Below, one piece after another: positions 1 to 16,270 of a stretch of 42,559 bases of DNA. The stretch lies in contig QHXZ01000026.1 of NCBI GenBank assembly GCA_003223165.1, positions 18,827 through 61,385 on the forward strand, written 5' to 3'. The notes beneath the pieces are model-generated. The model did no database searches, was not told where the DNA came from, and saw only the letters and a program-made list of their open reading frames with translations. Origin of the DNA: Acidobacteriota bacterium. Lineage in GTDB: Bacteria; Acidobacteriota; Polarisedimenticolia; Gp22-AA2. Position 1 is the first letter of the stretch. Every line of letters starts with the position of its first letter. The position numbers and the translations under genes are program-made.

Positions 1-1501
1 TCCTGGGATCGGTCAGGGGCCGGTTGTCGGCGGTGCGGAAACCGTGGTCGGAGCAGACGATCACCGCCGTGCCGGGACCCGCCGCGGCGACCAGCCGTCC
101 GACCATGTCGTCGGCGTGCCGGTAGTAATCGTCCACGGAGCGTCCGAACCTCTGGGCCTCCTCGCGATCGACGCCCGCGAGCGGGGGCGGGGCATAGCGC
201 ATGAAGAGGTGCGCGACGGTGTCCGTCCCTTCCAGGTAGAACGCCTGGAAATCCGGCTTGAACCGCTCGCCGAGGGTCAGGCTGACACGGGCGTAGGTGT
301 CGCCGGCGGCGAGCAGCGTCTTGAAGTCGTCGATCAGCTTGTTCTGCTCGGCCGGCAGCGCGAGCGGGTCGGCCGGCATCCGGATGTAGCGCGACACCTC
401 GTCGATGCCGATCGTCTCGGGCGCGATGATCAGGGACACGACCTGCGCGTCCAGATCCGGCGGATAGACCTTCCCCTCCCGCGGCTGCTCGCTCGCCGCC
501 TGGGCCGCGAAGAGCTGGTAGGCGACACGGTCGGAGACGACGAACCCCTTGACGCGTTCCGCGGGGTAGGTGGCCCACCACCCGACCACCCCGACGGAGA
601 CCTGGCGCTCGCTGAGGATGTTCCAGATCGCCTTCACCTTCCGCAGGCTCGAGGTGACCGGGACGCGCTCCCCTTCGCGCCCGGTGCTGGCCAGGAAGTC
701 GATGATGCCATGGCGGCTCGGCTGCACGCCGGTCGCGATGCTGGTCCAGATGACCGGAGAGAGCATCGGGGTGATGGTGCGCAGGCGGGCGCGCACTCCC
801 TCGTGCGCCAGGCGGCCGAGGTTCGGCAGGCGGCCGGCCTGGATGAGGGGGTCGAGGATGTTCCAATCGGCTCCATCGAGCCCGATCAGCAGCACTCTCA
901 TCCCCCGGATCGGCCCGCCGGCGGCCGTGGCGGCGGCAGCGGCGTCGCTCCGGATGTGCAGGTCGCTCACATCGCAGGACAGGAGCACGAGCCCGGAGCT
1001 GCGGAAGCGCTCCCCCAGCGACGCGCCCAGCGCCTGGCTGAGCTCCTCGCTCCGCGCCCCCGACACCTCGCTGTAGCTCGAGGCCCCCAGGACGGCCCTC
1101 AAGTCCTCGAGCACCCAGCGGCGGATCGCCTTCCGTTCGAAGCGGGGCCCCAGGGTGCGATGCACGTCAAGGACCCGGTCGGGATCGACCCGGTAATGGA
1201 GCGTGCCGCGGGCCTGGACCTGGATCCCCTCCCGCGAAGCGAGCGCGCCGCCGTCGTGCCCCGCCTCGAAGGCGTAGGTGGCGGAGGTGACCGGATAGGA
1301 GGTGAGGCGGAGGAGGCCCGGCGGCGCCAGGTGCCACCCGGGGCCGACCAGGCGCGGGGCCAGCAGGCCCGTGGGAGCGTCGAGGACGGCCACTCCCCCG
1401 CCGGGATCGATGCGGCGCAGGCCGAGGAGGAGCCAGAGCGCGACGACGAGCACGCCGAGGGCGATCGGGACCCTGCGCCGCCGGATCGTGTCGAGGGTCA
1501 T
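1..1501 (-). CDS. Membrane-anchored SPFH/band-7 domain fused to an alkaline-phosphatase-superfamily (type I phosphodiesterase/nucleotide pyrophosphatase-like) domain. Partial: the C-terminus lies beyond the left window edge.
   Basis: Absent from the ORF track because it has no in-window stop. My translation of the minus strand from ATG (1501..1499) gives a TM anchor (MTLDTIRRRRVPIALGVLVVALWLLLGL), an SPFH-like part (REGIQVQARGTLHYRVDPDRVLDVHRTLGPRFERKAIRRW) and an AlkP/Phosphodiest-like part (MRVLLIGLDGADWNILDPLIQAGRLPNLGRLAHEGV...MLSPVIWTSIATGVQPSRHGIIDF...VIVCSDHGF). The frame is open to position 1 and third codon positions are almost all G/C. The plus-strand 511-aa ORF 44..1579 is its R/G/D/P-rich antisense shadow. 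Confidence 0.75.
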   Translation of the reverse strand, partial: MTLDTIRRRRVPIALGVLVVALWLLLGLRRIDPGGGVAVLDAPTGLLAPRLVGPGWHLAPPGLLRLTSYPVTSATYAFEAGHDGGALASREGIQVQARGTLHYRVDPDRVLDVHRTLGPRFERKAIRRWVLEDLRAVLGASSYSEVSGARSEELSQALGASLGERFRSSGLVLLSCDVSDLHIRSDAAAAATAAGGPIRGMRVLLIGLDGADWNILDPLIQAGRLPNLGRLAHEGVRARLRTITPMLSPVIWTSIATGVQPSRHGIIDFLASTGREGERVPVTSSLRKVKAIWNILSERQVSVGVVGWWATYPAERVKGFVVSDRVAYQLFAAQAASEQPREGKVYPPDLDAQVVSLIIAPETIGIDEVSRYIRMPADPLALPAEQNKLIDDFKTLLAAGDTYARVSLTLGERFKPDFQAFYLEGTDTVAHLFMRYAPPPLAGVDREEAQRFGRSVDDYYRHADDMVGRLVAAAGPGTAVIVCSDHGFRTADNRPLTDPR

Positions 1502-1529
1502 GGATCGGGGCGCCGCCCAGAAGGGGCGA

Positions 1530-3976
<2,447 letters not shown>

Positions 3977-4070
3977 CGGCGAGGCTCCTCCGGGATCCTT
4001 TGTGCGAGCGCAGGTGCAAGGCGATCGCGCAGGTCGAAACAGGTAGGTTAAAAGACCTTTCGGGTCGAAG

Positions 4071-9120
<5,050 letters not shown>

Positions 9121-9124
<4 letters not shown>

Positions 9125-10146
9125 GCCGTCCTCGCGACGCGCCTGCCGTAGCGGTGGATGAGCCGCTCGAAGGCATGGGCCGGGTCCTTGGCCCCGAAGC
9201 CCTTCAGCTCGCGGTCCGCCAGGAGGCAGAGCCGGAGCGCCCCCCGCAGGGCCTCGACGCTCGCCCGTCCGACCTCCCTCTCGAACCTGTCGACGCGGCC
9301 CGGATCGGTGCCGTAGAGCGAGCCCATCTCGCGAGGCGGGATGCGCCGCACCGCCGCGGCGCGCGCTTTGAGGGCGTTGCGGATGTACCAGGCGAGCGCG
9401 CCGAGCATCTGCACCGGCTCCTCCCCCGCGCGCAAAAGCGCCCGCACCGCCGCCACCGCCTCGCCCCGTTCGCCGCGCACCAGGTGCACCGCCAGGCGGA
9501 AGGCGTCCTCGACCCGCGGCACCCCGGCCAGGATGGCCAGGTCGGCGGGGTCCACCGGCCGCGGGGCGCCGATGGCGCTCATCAGCTTGAGGACCTCCGC
9601 CTCGATCCGCCCAAGCCCCGCCCCTCCGAGCCCCGAGGCGATCGCCTCCGCCAGGTCGGGGCTGAGGCCGTACCCTTCCTGGCGCAGGCGCTCGCGGACC
9701 CAGAGGGCCGTCTGCGCTTCGTCGAGCGGCGCGCAGTCGACCCGCGCCGCCCCTCCCAGCAGGGCCCGGTAGAGGAGCCGCCGCCTGTCGAAGCGCGTAT
9801 CGCTGAGCACCAGACAGGCCTTGGGGTTGGGGCGTGCGAGGTACCGCTCGAGCGGCCCCGCCTCCTCGGCGCGCAAGGCGTCCGCCCCGCGCACCACGAT
9901 GAGGCGGCGCGCGCCGGCCATCGGGTAGGTGGAGGCGAGGTCCAGGACCCGCGCCAGGGTGGTTTCGGCGCCCAGGGTCGATTCGCGATCGACGGAGGCG
10001 CTCCCGTCCGTCAGCACCGCGCGCTCCAGGAGCCTGATGGCCTCGTCGTGGAAGTACTGCTCCTCCCCCTCGAGCAGATAGACCGGCTCGATGGCGCCGC
10101 GCAGGAGGGCCTGCCGGAACTGCGCGAACCTGAGCGGCGGCGCCAT
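9121..10146 (-). CDS. holA: DNA polymerase III delta subunit
   Basis: 341-aa ORF with the delta-like N-terminus PVYLLEGEEQYF. It sits in the conserved leuS-lptE-holA order and overlaps the guaA start by 4 nt. Confidence 0.85.
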
Positions 10147-10152
10147 CGCGAA

Positions 10153-10734
10153 TCAGAACCCCTCGAGGATGGACGTGACCACGCTGCGCGCGAAGTCGGT
10201 GGCCACGTCGTCGATCGCCACGATCTCCTGGTCGGTGAAGGCCTGCGCGGTCGCCGGCACGTCGTACTGCCGCTTGAACATGAAATGGTCGTCCTCCCAG
10301 AGGACGCGGTCGGTCGTCGTCTCGCTGAGCGCCACGTGCGCGGTGATCAGGATCTCGTAGCGCGTGGCCCGCCCGAGCTGGCTGATCACCACGGGCGTGA
10401 CCGTGTAGCTCAGGATGGTCCCCTTGAGGACCGCGTTCGCCCCCTCCTCGCCAGGCAGGATCCGCACCCGGCCTCGCGTCGTGAACTCGTCGATCACGTG
10501 CTCGGTCACGCGCTGCTCCAGCTCGGGCCGGCTGGTGCGGTTGACGAAGGTCGGGATGCCGACGGAGTGGATGCCGGGAGGCAGCGTCGAGGAGCGGCCC
10601 GCCAGGTGGTAGCCGCAGGCGAGGGAACCGAGCGCGAAGGCCAGCGCCGGCGCCAGCCGCGCGGGGCCGCGCCGCGACGGTCTCGCGAGCGGGGCCGGCT
10701 GCCGGTTGCGGGTTCGCGGGGCCATCGCGGCCAT
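10153..10734 (-). CDS. lptE: LPS-assembly lipoprotein LptE
   Basis: 193 aa. The lipobox LGSLAC is followed directly by GYHLAG, matching the mature LptE N-terminus pattern CG(F/Y)HL(R/A)G. It occupies the conserved position between leuS and holA. Confidence 0.75.
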   Translation of the reverse strand: MAAMAPRTRNRQPAPLARPSRRGPARLAPALAFALGSLACGYHLAGRSSTLPPGIHSVGIPTFVNRTSRPELEQRVTEHVIDEFTTRGRVRILPGEEGANAVLKGTILSYTVTPVVISQLGRATRYEILITAHVALSETTTDRVLWEDDHFMFKRQYDVPATAQAFTDQEIVAIDDVATDFARSVVTSILEGF

Positions 10735-10767
10735 TATATCAGCAGGGCGCGCGCGTCCGGCGTTCCC

Positions 10768-13341
10768 TCACTCCAGCACGATGTTCAAGAGCTTGCCGGG
10801 AAGGTAGATCGTCTTGCGCACGGGTCGGCCGGCCAGCAGGGCGCCCAGGCGCGCGTCCCCCCGCGCCCGCTCCAGGACTTCCGCCTCGGGGAGGGAGGCC
10901 GGCACGACCAGGCGGCCGCGCAGGCGGCCGTTCACCTGCACCACGACCTCCGCCTGCTCCTCCTTGAGCCAGCCGGCGTCGGCTCCGGGCCAGGGTTGCT
11001 CGGCGACGCTCCCCTGCCCTCCCAGGGCGGACCAGAGGGCCTCGGAGATGTGCGGCGCGAAGGGATGCAGCAGCAGGGCCATGGTGACGCAGGCCTCCTT
11101 GAGATAGGGGCCGTCCTTCGGGGTCGCGGAGCGTTCGAACTCCTGGGTCGCGTTGAGCAGCTCCATGATCGCCGCCACCGGAGTGTTGAGGTGCAGGCGC
11201 TTCTGGACGTCCACGCTGACGCGCTCGATCGTCTGGTGCACCTTGCGACGCAGGGCGGCGAGGCGTGGCTCCTCGGCGCCATCCCGAGGGGCGGGCAGCG
11301 CCATGGCGGCCAGGGTCGACGCGCGCGGCATAACCAGCCGCCAGATCTTTTCCAGGAACCGGAAGCACCCCTCCACCCCCTTCTCGTTCCATTCCAGGTC
11401 CTTCTCGGGCGGCGCCGCGAAGAGCGTGAACAGGCGGGTGGTGTCGGCGCCGTAGCGCCGCACCATGTCGTCCGGGTCGACGATGTTCCCCTTCGACTTC
11501 GACATCGCGGTGCCGCCCTTGAGGACCATCCCCTGGCAGAGCAGGTTGCGGATCGGCTCGCCGCGCTCGAGCAACCCGATGTCGCGCAGCACCTTGGCGA
11601 AGAAGCGGCAGTAGATCAGATGCATGGTGGCGTGCGTGATGCCGCCGACGTACAGATCGATCGGCAGCCAGCCCCCCACGATCGCGGGATCGAAGGCGGC
11701 CTTGTCGTTGCGCGGGTCGCAGTAGCGGTAGAAATACCAGGACGAGTCGAAGAAGGTGTCCATGGTGTCGGTCTCGCGCCGGGCCGGGCGGCGGCAGCGC
11801 GGGCACGGGGCGTTCACGAACGAGGCCACCTGCGCCAGCGGCGATCCGCCTTCCCCCGTCAGAGGCGCGTCCTCGGGCAGCACGACCGGCAGATCCGCCT
11901 CCGGGACCGGCACCACGCCGCAGCCATCGCAGTAGAGCACGGGGATCGGTGTCCCCCAGTAGCGCTGCCTCGAAATTCCCCAATCCAGGATCCGGTAGCG
12001 CACCGTTCCGGTGGCGAAGCCTCCCTCTTCCCCCCGGCGCAGCAGGATGAGGCGCGCCTCGGCGGAGGTGCGGCCGGACGCCTCCCCCGAATCGACCAGG
12101 ACGCCGTCCTCGACCATGGCGGGCTGCGGCGCGGCGGCCGCCTGCCCGGATCCCGGCGGGACCACGACGGTGCGGATCGGCAGGGCGTACTTGCGGGCGA
12201 ACTCGTGGTCGCGCTCGTCGTGCGCCGGCACCGCCATGATCGCCCCGGTGCCGTACTCCATCAGCACGAAGTTGGCGACCCAGATCGGCACCCGCTCGCG
12301 GCTGAAGGGGTTCTGCGCCCTGAGGCCCGTGTCCACCCCCTCCTTCTCTTCGGGCTCCGCCCCCGCCCGGGACACGTCCCGGCGCGCCGCGCGCTCCTCG
12401 AACGCGCGCACGCGCGCCTTCTCCGGGCTTCCGTCCGGGAGGCTCGCGAGGATCGGGTGGCCGGGGGCGACGACGCAGAAGGTCGCGCCGAAGATCGTGT
12501 CGAGCCGCGTGGTGAAGACCTCGAGCGCTCCCGCACGGGCCTGCCCCGGCCCGTCGAGGATGGGAAAGCGCACCAGGGCTCCCTGGCTCTTGCCGATCCA
12601 GTTGCGCTGCATCGCCCGCACGCGTTCCGGCCAGCCGGGGAGGCGGTCGAGCTCGGCGTCCAGCTCCTCGGCGTAGCGCGTGATGCGCAGGAACCACTGC
12701 TCGAGCTCTTTGCGCCCCACGAGCGAATCGCAGCGCCAGCAGCGCCCCGCTTCCACCTGCTCGTTCGCCAGGACGGTCCGGCACGAGCTGCACCAGTTGA
12801 CCCAGCGTCGGCTGCGGTAGGCCAGGTCGCGCTCCAGCATCTTCAGGAAGAACCATTGGTTCCAGCGGTAGTACTCGGGACGGTGCGCGGCGATCTCACG
12901 CTCCCAATCGTAGGAGAGGCCCAGGCGCCGCAGCTGGGCCGCCATGGCGGCGATGTTCTCGTTGGTCCAGCGGGCGGGATGAATGCCGTGCTTGATGGCG
13001 GCGTTCTCCGCCGGCAGTCCGAAGGAGTCCCAGCCCATGGGGTGCAGGACCTGGAAGCCTCGCATGCGATTGAAGCGGGCCACGGCGTCTCCGATCGCGT
13101 AGTTGCGCACGTGGCCCATGTGCAGCCGGCCGGAGGGGTACGGCAGCATCTCCAGGCAGTAGAACTTGCGCCCCTGGGGCCGGACCGGGGCGGCGGAGGC
13201 GCGCGCCCGCTCCCAGCGCTCCTGGCAGGCGCGCTCGAGGGCGTCGAACTCCTCCCTGTACTCCACCGGCATGGCGATGCTCCCGGACATGCGGACCTGC
13301 GCCGGCAGCGGGTGCGGCGCGCCCCGCGGAGGGGGCGTCAT
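10768..13341 (-). CDS. leuS: Leucyl-tRNA synthetase
   Basis: 857-aa ORF with the class I HIGH motif (RLHMGHVRNY), a KMSKS-type motif (AMSKSKGN), and CP1 editing and Zn-like Cys motifs. The true start is probably internal: ATG at 13272 gives MPVEYREEF preceded by GGGAG, or ATG at 13290. The first ~23 aa of the longest ORF are Pro-rich and look non-native. Confidence 0.96.
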   Translation of the reverse strand: MTPPPRGAPHPLPAQVRMSGSIAMPVEYREEFDALERACQERWERARASAAPVRPQGRKFYCLEMLPYPSGRLHMGHVRNYAIGDAVARFNRMRGFQVLHPMGWDSFGLPAENAAIKHGIHPARWTNENIAAMAAQLRRLGLSYDWEREIAAHRPEYYRWNQWFFLKMLERDLAYRSRRWVNWCSSCRTVLANEQVEAGRCWRCDSLVGRKELEQWFLRITRYAEELDAELDRLPGWPERVRAMQRNWIGKSQGALVRFPILDGPGQARAGALEVFTTRLDTIFGATFCVVAPGHPILASLPDGSPEKARVRAFEERAARRDVSRAGAEPEEKEGVDTGLRAQNPFSRERVPIWVANFVLMEYGTGAIMAVPAHDERDHEFARKYALPIRTVVVPPGSGQAAAAPQPAMVEDGVLVDSGEASGRTSAEARLILLRRGEEGGFATGTVRYRILDWGISRQRYWGTPIPVLYCDGCGVVPVPEADLPVVLPEDAPLTGEGGSPLAQVASFVNAPCPRCRRPARRETDTMDTFFDSSWYFYRYCDPRNDKAAFDPAIVGGWLPIDLYVGGITHATMHLIYCRFFAKVLRDIGLLERGEPIRNLLCQGMVLKGGTAMSKSKGNIVDPDDMVRRYGADTTRLFTLFAAPPEKDLEWNEKGVEGCFRFLEKIWRLVMPRASTLAAMALPAPRDGAEEPRLAALRRKVHQTIERVSVDVQKRLHLNTPVAAIMELLNATQEFERSATPKDGPYLKEACVTMALLLHPFAPHISEALWSALGGQGSVAEQPWPGADAGWLKEEQAEVVVQVNGRLRGRLVVPASLPEAEVLERARGDARLGALLAGRPVRKTIYLPGKLLNIVLE

Positions 13342-13425
13342 TGTAGCAGGGATCGCGCCGCCGTCCTCCGCGGCACCGGCTGGATTTCAGGATCGTAACC
13401 GGGGAAGCGATGCCGGGCCGCGAAC

Positions 13426-13453
13426 TTGCGGGATCGCATGCGAAACCTATATT
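13426..13453 (+). promoter_or_regulatory. Putative sigma70-like promoter for the long plus-strand array (TTGCGG - 16 nt - TATATT)
   Basis: This is the only clearly AT-richer patch in the leuS/plus-array divergent region. TTGCGG lies at 13426..13431 and TATATT at 13448..13453. It is a pattern match by eye only. Confidence 0.3.
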
Positions 13454-13491
13454 CGCTTCGCCTGCACAGAGGGCGGAGCGGAGAGCGAGCG

Positions 13492-14649
13492 GTGCGGCAC
13501 CCGGCAACGGCCATCGAGGCGCGCGCGAGGTTCGGCGCGGCGGCGCGGAGGAGCGGGCTCCTCGCCCTGCTGGCCGCGCCCCCCGGCTCCACCTGCCGCG
13601 ATGAGGCCCTGCGCGCGGCGCTGCTGGCGCTGCCGCCAGGCGCCATTCCGTCGCTGCTCGAGCGCATCGCCTTCCACCGCATCGACGGCCTGGCCTGCCG
13701 CGCTCTCGATCGGCTGCCCCAGGAAGGCCTCGACCCCTGGCTGCGCTCCTCCCTGAGGCGGCGCCATCAGCGCTTCGCCGCCGCCACCCTGGCCCAAGGC
13801 ATGGCCCTCGCGGAGCTGCTGGACGATCTGCACCGCCGTGGCGTGCCTGTCGTGGTCATGCGCGGCCTGCGCAGCGTGGAATCGATCTACGGCGACGTCG
13901 GATCGCGGCCCTTCGAGGACCACGACCTCCTGGTCCTCCCCCGCGACCTGGGCGCCACGCGCGACAGCCTTCTTGGGCGGGGCTTCGTCGAGCAGGCGCC
14001 CGGCCTGCTGCGCCGCGGCGGCATGATCGTCGACCTGCACGTCGACCCCCTGGGGGCGCGGCGCCGACCCACGCGCGAGGCGGTCTACCCGATCGCCACG
14101 GCGCCGCTCTTCGAGCGCGCCGAGAGCGTGCGCGTGGCGGGGGCGCCGGCCCTGGCGCTCGGCCTCGAGGACGACCTGCTCTTGCTGGCCATCCACCTGG
14201 TCAAGCATTCCTTCGACCGTCTGATCCGCACCGCCGACCTGGCGCACCTGCTGGCCTCGCGGCGCGACCTCCTCGTCTGGGAGGCGCTCCTGGAGCGCGC
14301 GGCCTCGTCCAACACCCGGCGGCTCCTGGGTTGGGCCCTGGAGGCGGCGGTGGCCCTCGGCGCGCCGGTGCCCGCGGCGCTCCTGCCGCTCGTCGCGCCC
14401 GACAGCCTGGAAGCGGTCCTGATGCACCGGGTCCTCGATCAGCGGCCGGTCCCCTACACGGGAGAGATCCTGATGGTCCTGGCCGCGCCGACCCTCGGCG
14501 CCCGCCTGCGTTTCCTGTGGGACGCGCTGTTTCCCGCCGGCGAATCGGCGGCCGGGCCATGGGAACGGGCCGCCGCGCTCCCTCGCCGGAGCGCCGAACT
14601 GGCCCTGCAGGCGGCTCGTCAGGCCGCCGAGAGGAGGAAGGCACGATGA
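13492..14649 (+). CDS. Uncharacterised nucleotidyltransferase family protein (PF14907/NTP_transf_5-like)
   Basis: The ORF is open from ATG 13426. I prefer the in-frame GTG 13492 because 13436..13460 is AT-richer promoter-like DNA and GGAGAG precedes 13492. Family-like features are HRIDGLACRAL, VVVMRGL...YGDVGSRPFEDHDLLV (D-x-D type NTase core), IVDLHVDP and a helical C-terminal half. The stop overlaps the next start (ATGA). Confidence 0.7.
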   Translation: MRHPATAIEARARFGAAARRSGLLALLAAPPGSTCRDEALRAALLALPPGAIPSLLERIAFHRIDGLACRALDRLPQEGLDPWLRSSLRRRHQRFAAATLAQGMALAELLDDLHRRGVPVVVMRGLRSVESIYGDVGSRPFEDHDLLVLPRDLGATRDSLLGRGFVEQAPGLLRRGGMIVDLHVDPLGARRRPTREAVYPIATAPLFERAESVRVAGAPALALGLEDDLLLLAIHLVKHSFDRLIRTADLAHLLASRRDLLVWEALLERAASSNTRRLLGWALEAAVALGAPVPAALLPLVAPDSLEAVLMHRVLDQRPVPYTGEILMVLAAPTLGARLRFLWDALFPAGESAAGPWERAAALPRRSAELALQAARQAAERRKAR

Positions 14650-14960
14650 CTCCGCCACGCCCCGCGTCGCCCCCGATGCGGCCGTCCCCCGACGTCGTCT
14701 CGCGACGCATCGCCGGCGAGTATCTCCTGGTGCCGGTGTGCAACGGCGCGGCCCAGATGGACTTCATCTTCACCGCCAACGAGGTCGGCAGCGTCGTCTA
14801 CCGCCTGCTGGACGGGCGGCGCGATGCCGCCGAGATCGCCCGGCTCGTCAGCCAGGAGTTCGAGGTGCCGGAGGAGCGCGTCCGGGAAGACGTGGAGGGG
14901 TTCCTCGCGACCCTGCAGGAGGCCGGCCTGGTGCGCCCCGCGGAGCCGGAGCCAAGGTGA
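14646..14960 (+). CDS. PqqD-family protein (RiPP recognition element / peptide chaperone)
   Basis: 104 aa, taken from the tail of track ORF 14331..14960. PqqD pattern: GEYLLVPV...MDFIFTANEVGSVVYRLLDGRRDAAEIARLVSQEFEVPEERVREDVEGFLATLQEAGLV. ATGA overlap upstream and GTGA overlap downstream. Confidence 0.8.
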   Translation: MTPPRPASPPMRPSPDVVSRRIAGEYLLVPVCNGAAQMDFIFTANEVGSVVYRLLDGRRDAAEIARLVSQEFEVPEERVREDVEGFLATLQEAGLVRPAEPEPR

Positions 14961-16270
14961 GCGCCTGCCAGGATGTGTCATACGGCGAGTTCGGCTCCCT
15001 CCTGATGCGCGCCGCCGGCGGGGCGCGGGTTCCGTTGTCGGGATCGATCGAGCTCACCTTCCGCTGCAACCTGCGCTGCGTGCACTGCTACATCCCCGAT
15101 TACTCGGGGCGAGGCGAGATGTCCACCGCCGAGATCACCCGCATCCTCGACGAGATCGCGGACGAGGGGTGCCTGTGGCTGCTCCTCACCGGCGGCGAGG
15201 TCTTCCTGCGCGCCGATTTCCCCGAGATCTACCGGCACGCCAAGCGGCGCGGCTTCCTGATCACGATCTTCAGCAACGGGACGCTCGTCGACGAGCGGCT
15301 CGCCGACCTGCTCGCGGAGTATCCGCCGTTCGGCATCGAGTTCACGCTCTACGGCCTGTCGGACGAGACCTACCTGCGCACCACCGGGTTCCCGGGCCGC
15401 TTCAGCCGCGTGCGCCGGGGCATCGACCTCCTGCTGTCGCGGCGCCTGCCGCTCTCGCTGAAGGCGGTCGCGATGGAGCCGCTGGCGGGCGAGATCGAGG
15501 CGATGCAGGAGTTCTGCGCCGCGCTCGGCGTCCGCTTCCGCTACGACGCCATGGTGCATGGCCGCCTGGATGGATCGCTTGCGCCCACGACGGCGCGCTC
15601 CACCCCCGAGTCGGTCGTGGCCTATGACGCGCGCGACCCCGAGCGTCTCGGCGAATGGCTCAAGTTCTACCGCCAATACGTGGCGCCGACCCGGCCCACC
15701 CCCTACTTGATGTCCTGCGGCGCGGGGGTCAACAGCTTCCACATCGATCCGAAGGGGACCCTCCTGACCTGCGAGGCGCTGCCGCTCAACGGCTACGATC
15801 TGCGGCGCGGCACCTTCCGCGAGGGGTGGTACGGCGTCGCCGCAGCGCTGCGCGAGCGGCTGGCGGGCCCCGAGAACGTCTGCGCTCCGTGCGAGCTGAA
15901 GGCGCTGTGCGACCGCTGCCCGGCGACCGCCACCCTCGAGACCGGCAGCCCGGACGGCTGGATCCCCTACTACTGCGAGGTCACGCATCGCCGCGCCGCC
16001 CTGCTCGAGGAGGCCCTGGATCGCCCCGAGACCGCGGCGCGCTACCGCGCGCACGCAGAGCGCGTGGCCCAAGGCTGGACGCCTCCGGGCGCCATCCTGC
16101 CGCGGGCCAGCGCGCTGCAGGCATCCCCCGCCGTCGCCTGCGGCAGCGGCGGTGGCGCCTGCGCCGGAGGCGGCTGCGGGGCCGGCTCGGGCCGCACCAC
16201 GAATCCGAAACCGATCGCCATTGAGGGTCCCGGCGCGCGTCCGGAGACCGGGAAGGAGGTTGTCCCATGA
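14957..16270 (+). CDS. Radical SAM enzyme with a SPASM-type auxiliary-cluster domain (peptide-modifying maturase candidate)
   Basis: In-frame part of track ORF 14738..16270. The GTG start at 14957 overlaps the PqqD stop; ATG at ~15006 is an alternative. Motifs: CX3CX2C (CNLRCVHC), LLLTGGEVFL (SAM-binding GGE), a SPASM-like region (CGAGVNSFHIDPKGTLLTC ... CAPCELKALCDRC ... YYCEV), and a Gly/Cys-rich tail. Confidence 0.9.
   Translation: MSACQDVSYGEFGSLLMRAAGGARVPLSGSIELTFRCNLRCVHCYIPDYSGRGEMSTAEITRILDEIADEGCLWLLLTGGEVFLRADFPEIYRHAKRRGFLITIFSNGTLVDERLADLLAEYPPFGIEFTLYGLSDETYLRTTGFPGRFSRVRRGIDLLLSRRLPLSLKAVAMEPLAGEIEAMQEFCAALGVRFRYDAMVHGRLDGSLAPTTARSTPESVVAYDARDPERLGEWLKFYRQYVAPTRPTPYLMSCGAGVNSFHIDPKGTLLTCEALPLNGYDLRRGTFREGWYGVAAALRERLAGPENVCAPCELKALCDRCPATATLETGSPDGWIPYYCEVTHRRAALLEEALDRPETAARYRAHAERVAQGWTPPGAILPRASALQASPAVACGSGGGACAGGGCGAGSGRTTNPKPIAIEGPGARPETGKEVVP
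16254..16259 (+). promoter_or_regulatory. Shine-Dalgarno (AGGAGG) for the 63-aa peptide ORF
   Basis: AGGAGG lies at 16254..16259, with a 7-nt spacer before ATG 16267. Confidence 0.6.

Noticed and set aside
3977-4070. Possible SAM/SAH riboswitch or intrinsic terminator in the 94-nt dnaE-metK spacer. On the minus strand there is a TTGACT overlapping the dnaE stop, and a GACC-CGAAA-GGTC hairpin followed by TTTT.
   Set aside because: The leader is short and I cannot recognise SAM-I, SAM-II or SAM-SAH consensus elements by eye. The hairpin has only a 4-bp stem and no convincing -10 follows the TTGACT. A covariance-model scan (Rfam/Infernal) would be needed.
13400-13440. Imperfect inverted repeats (GCGAT...ATCGC, CCGC-gaactt-GCGG) upstream of the plus-strand array, as a possible operator or RNA hairpin.
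   Set aside because: The stems are only 4-5 bp, in a GC-rich background where such matches arise by chance. This is not enough to call a regulatory site.
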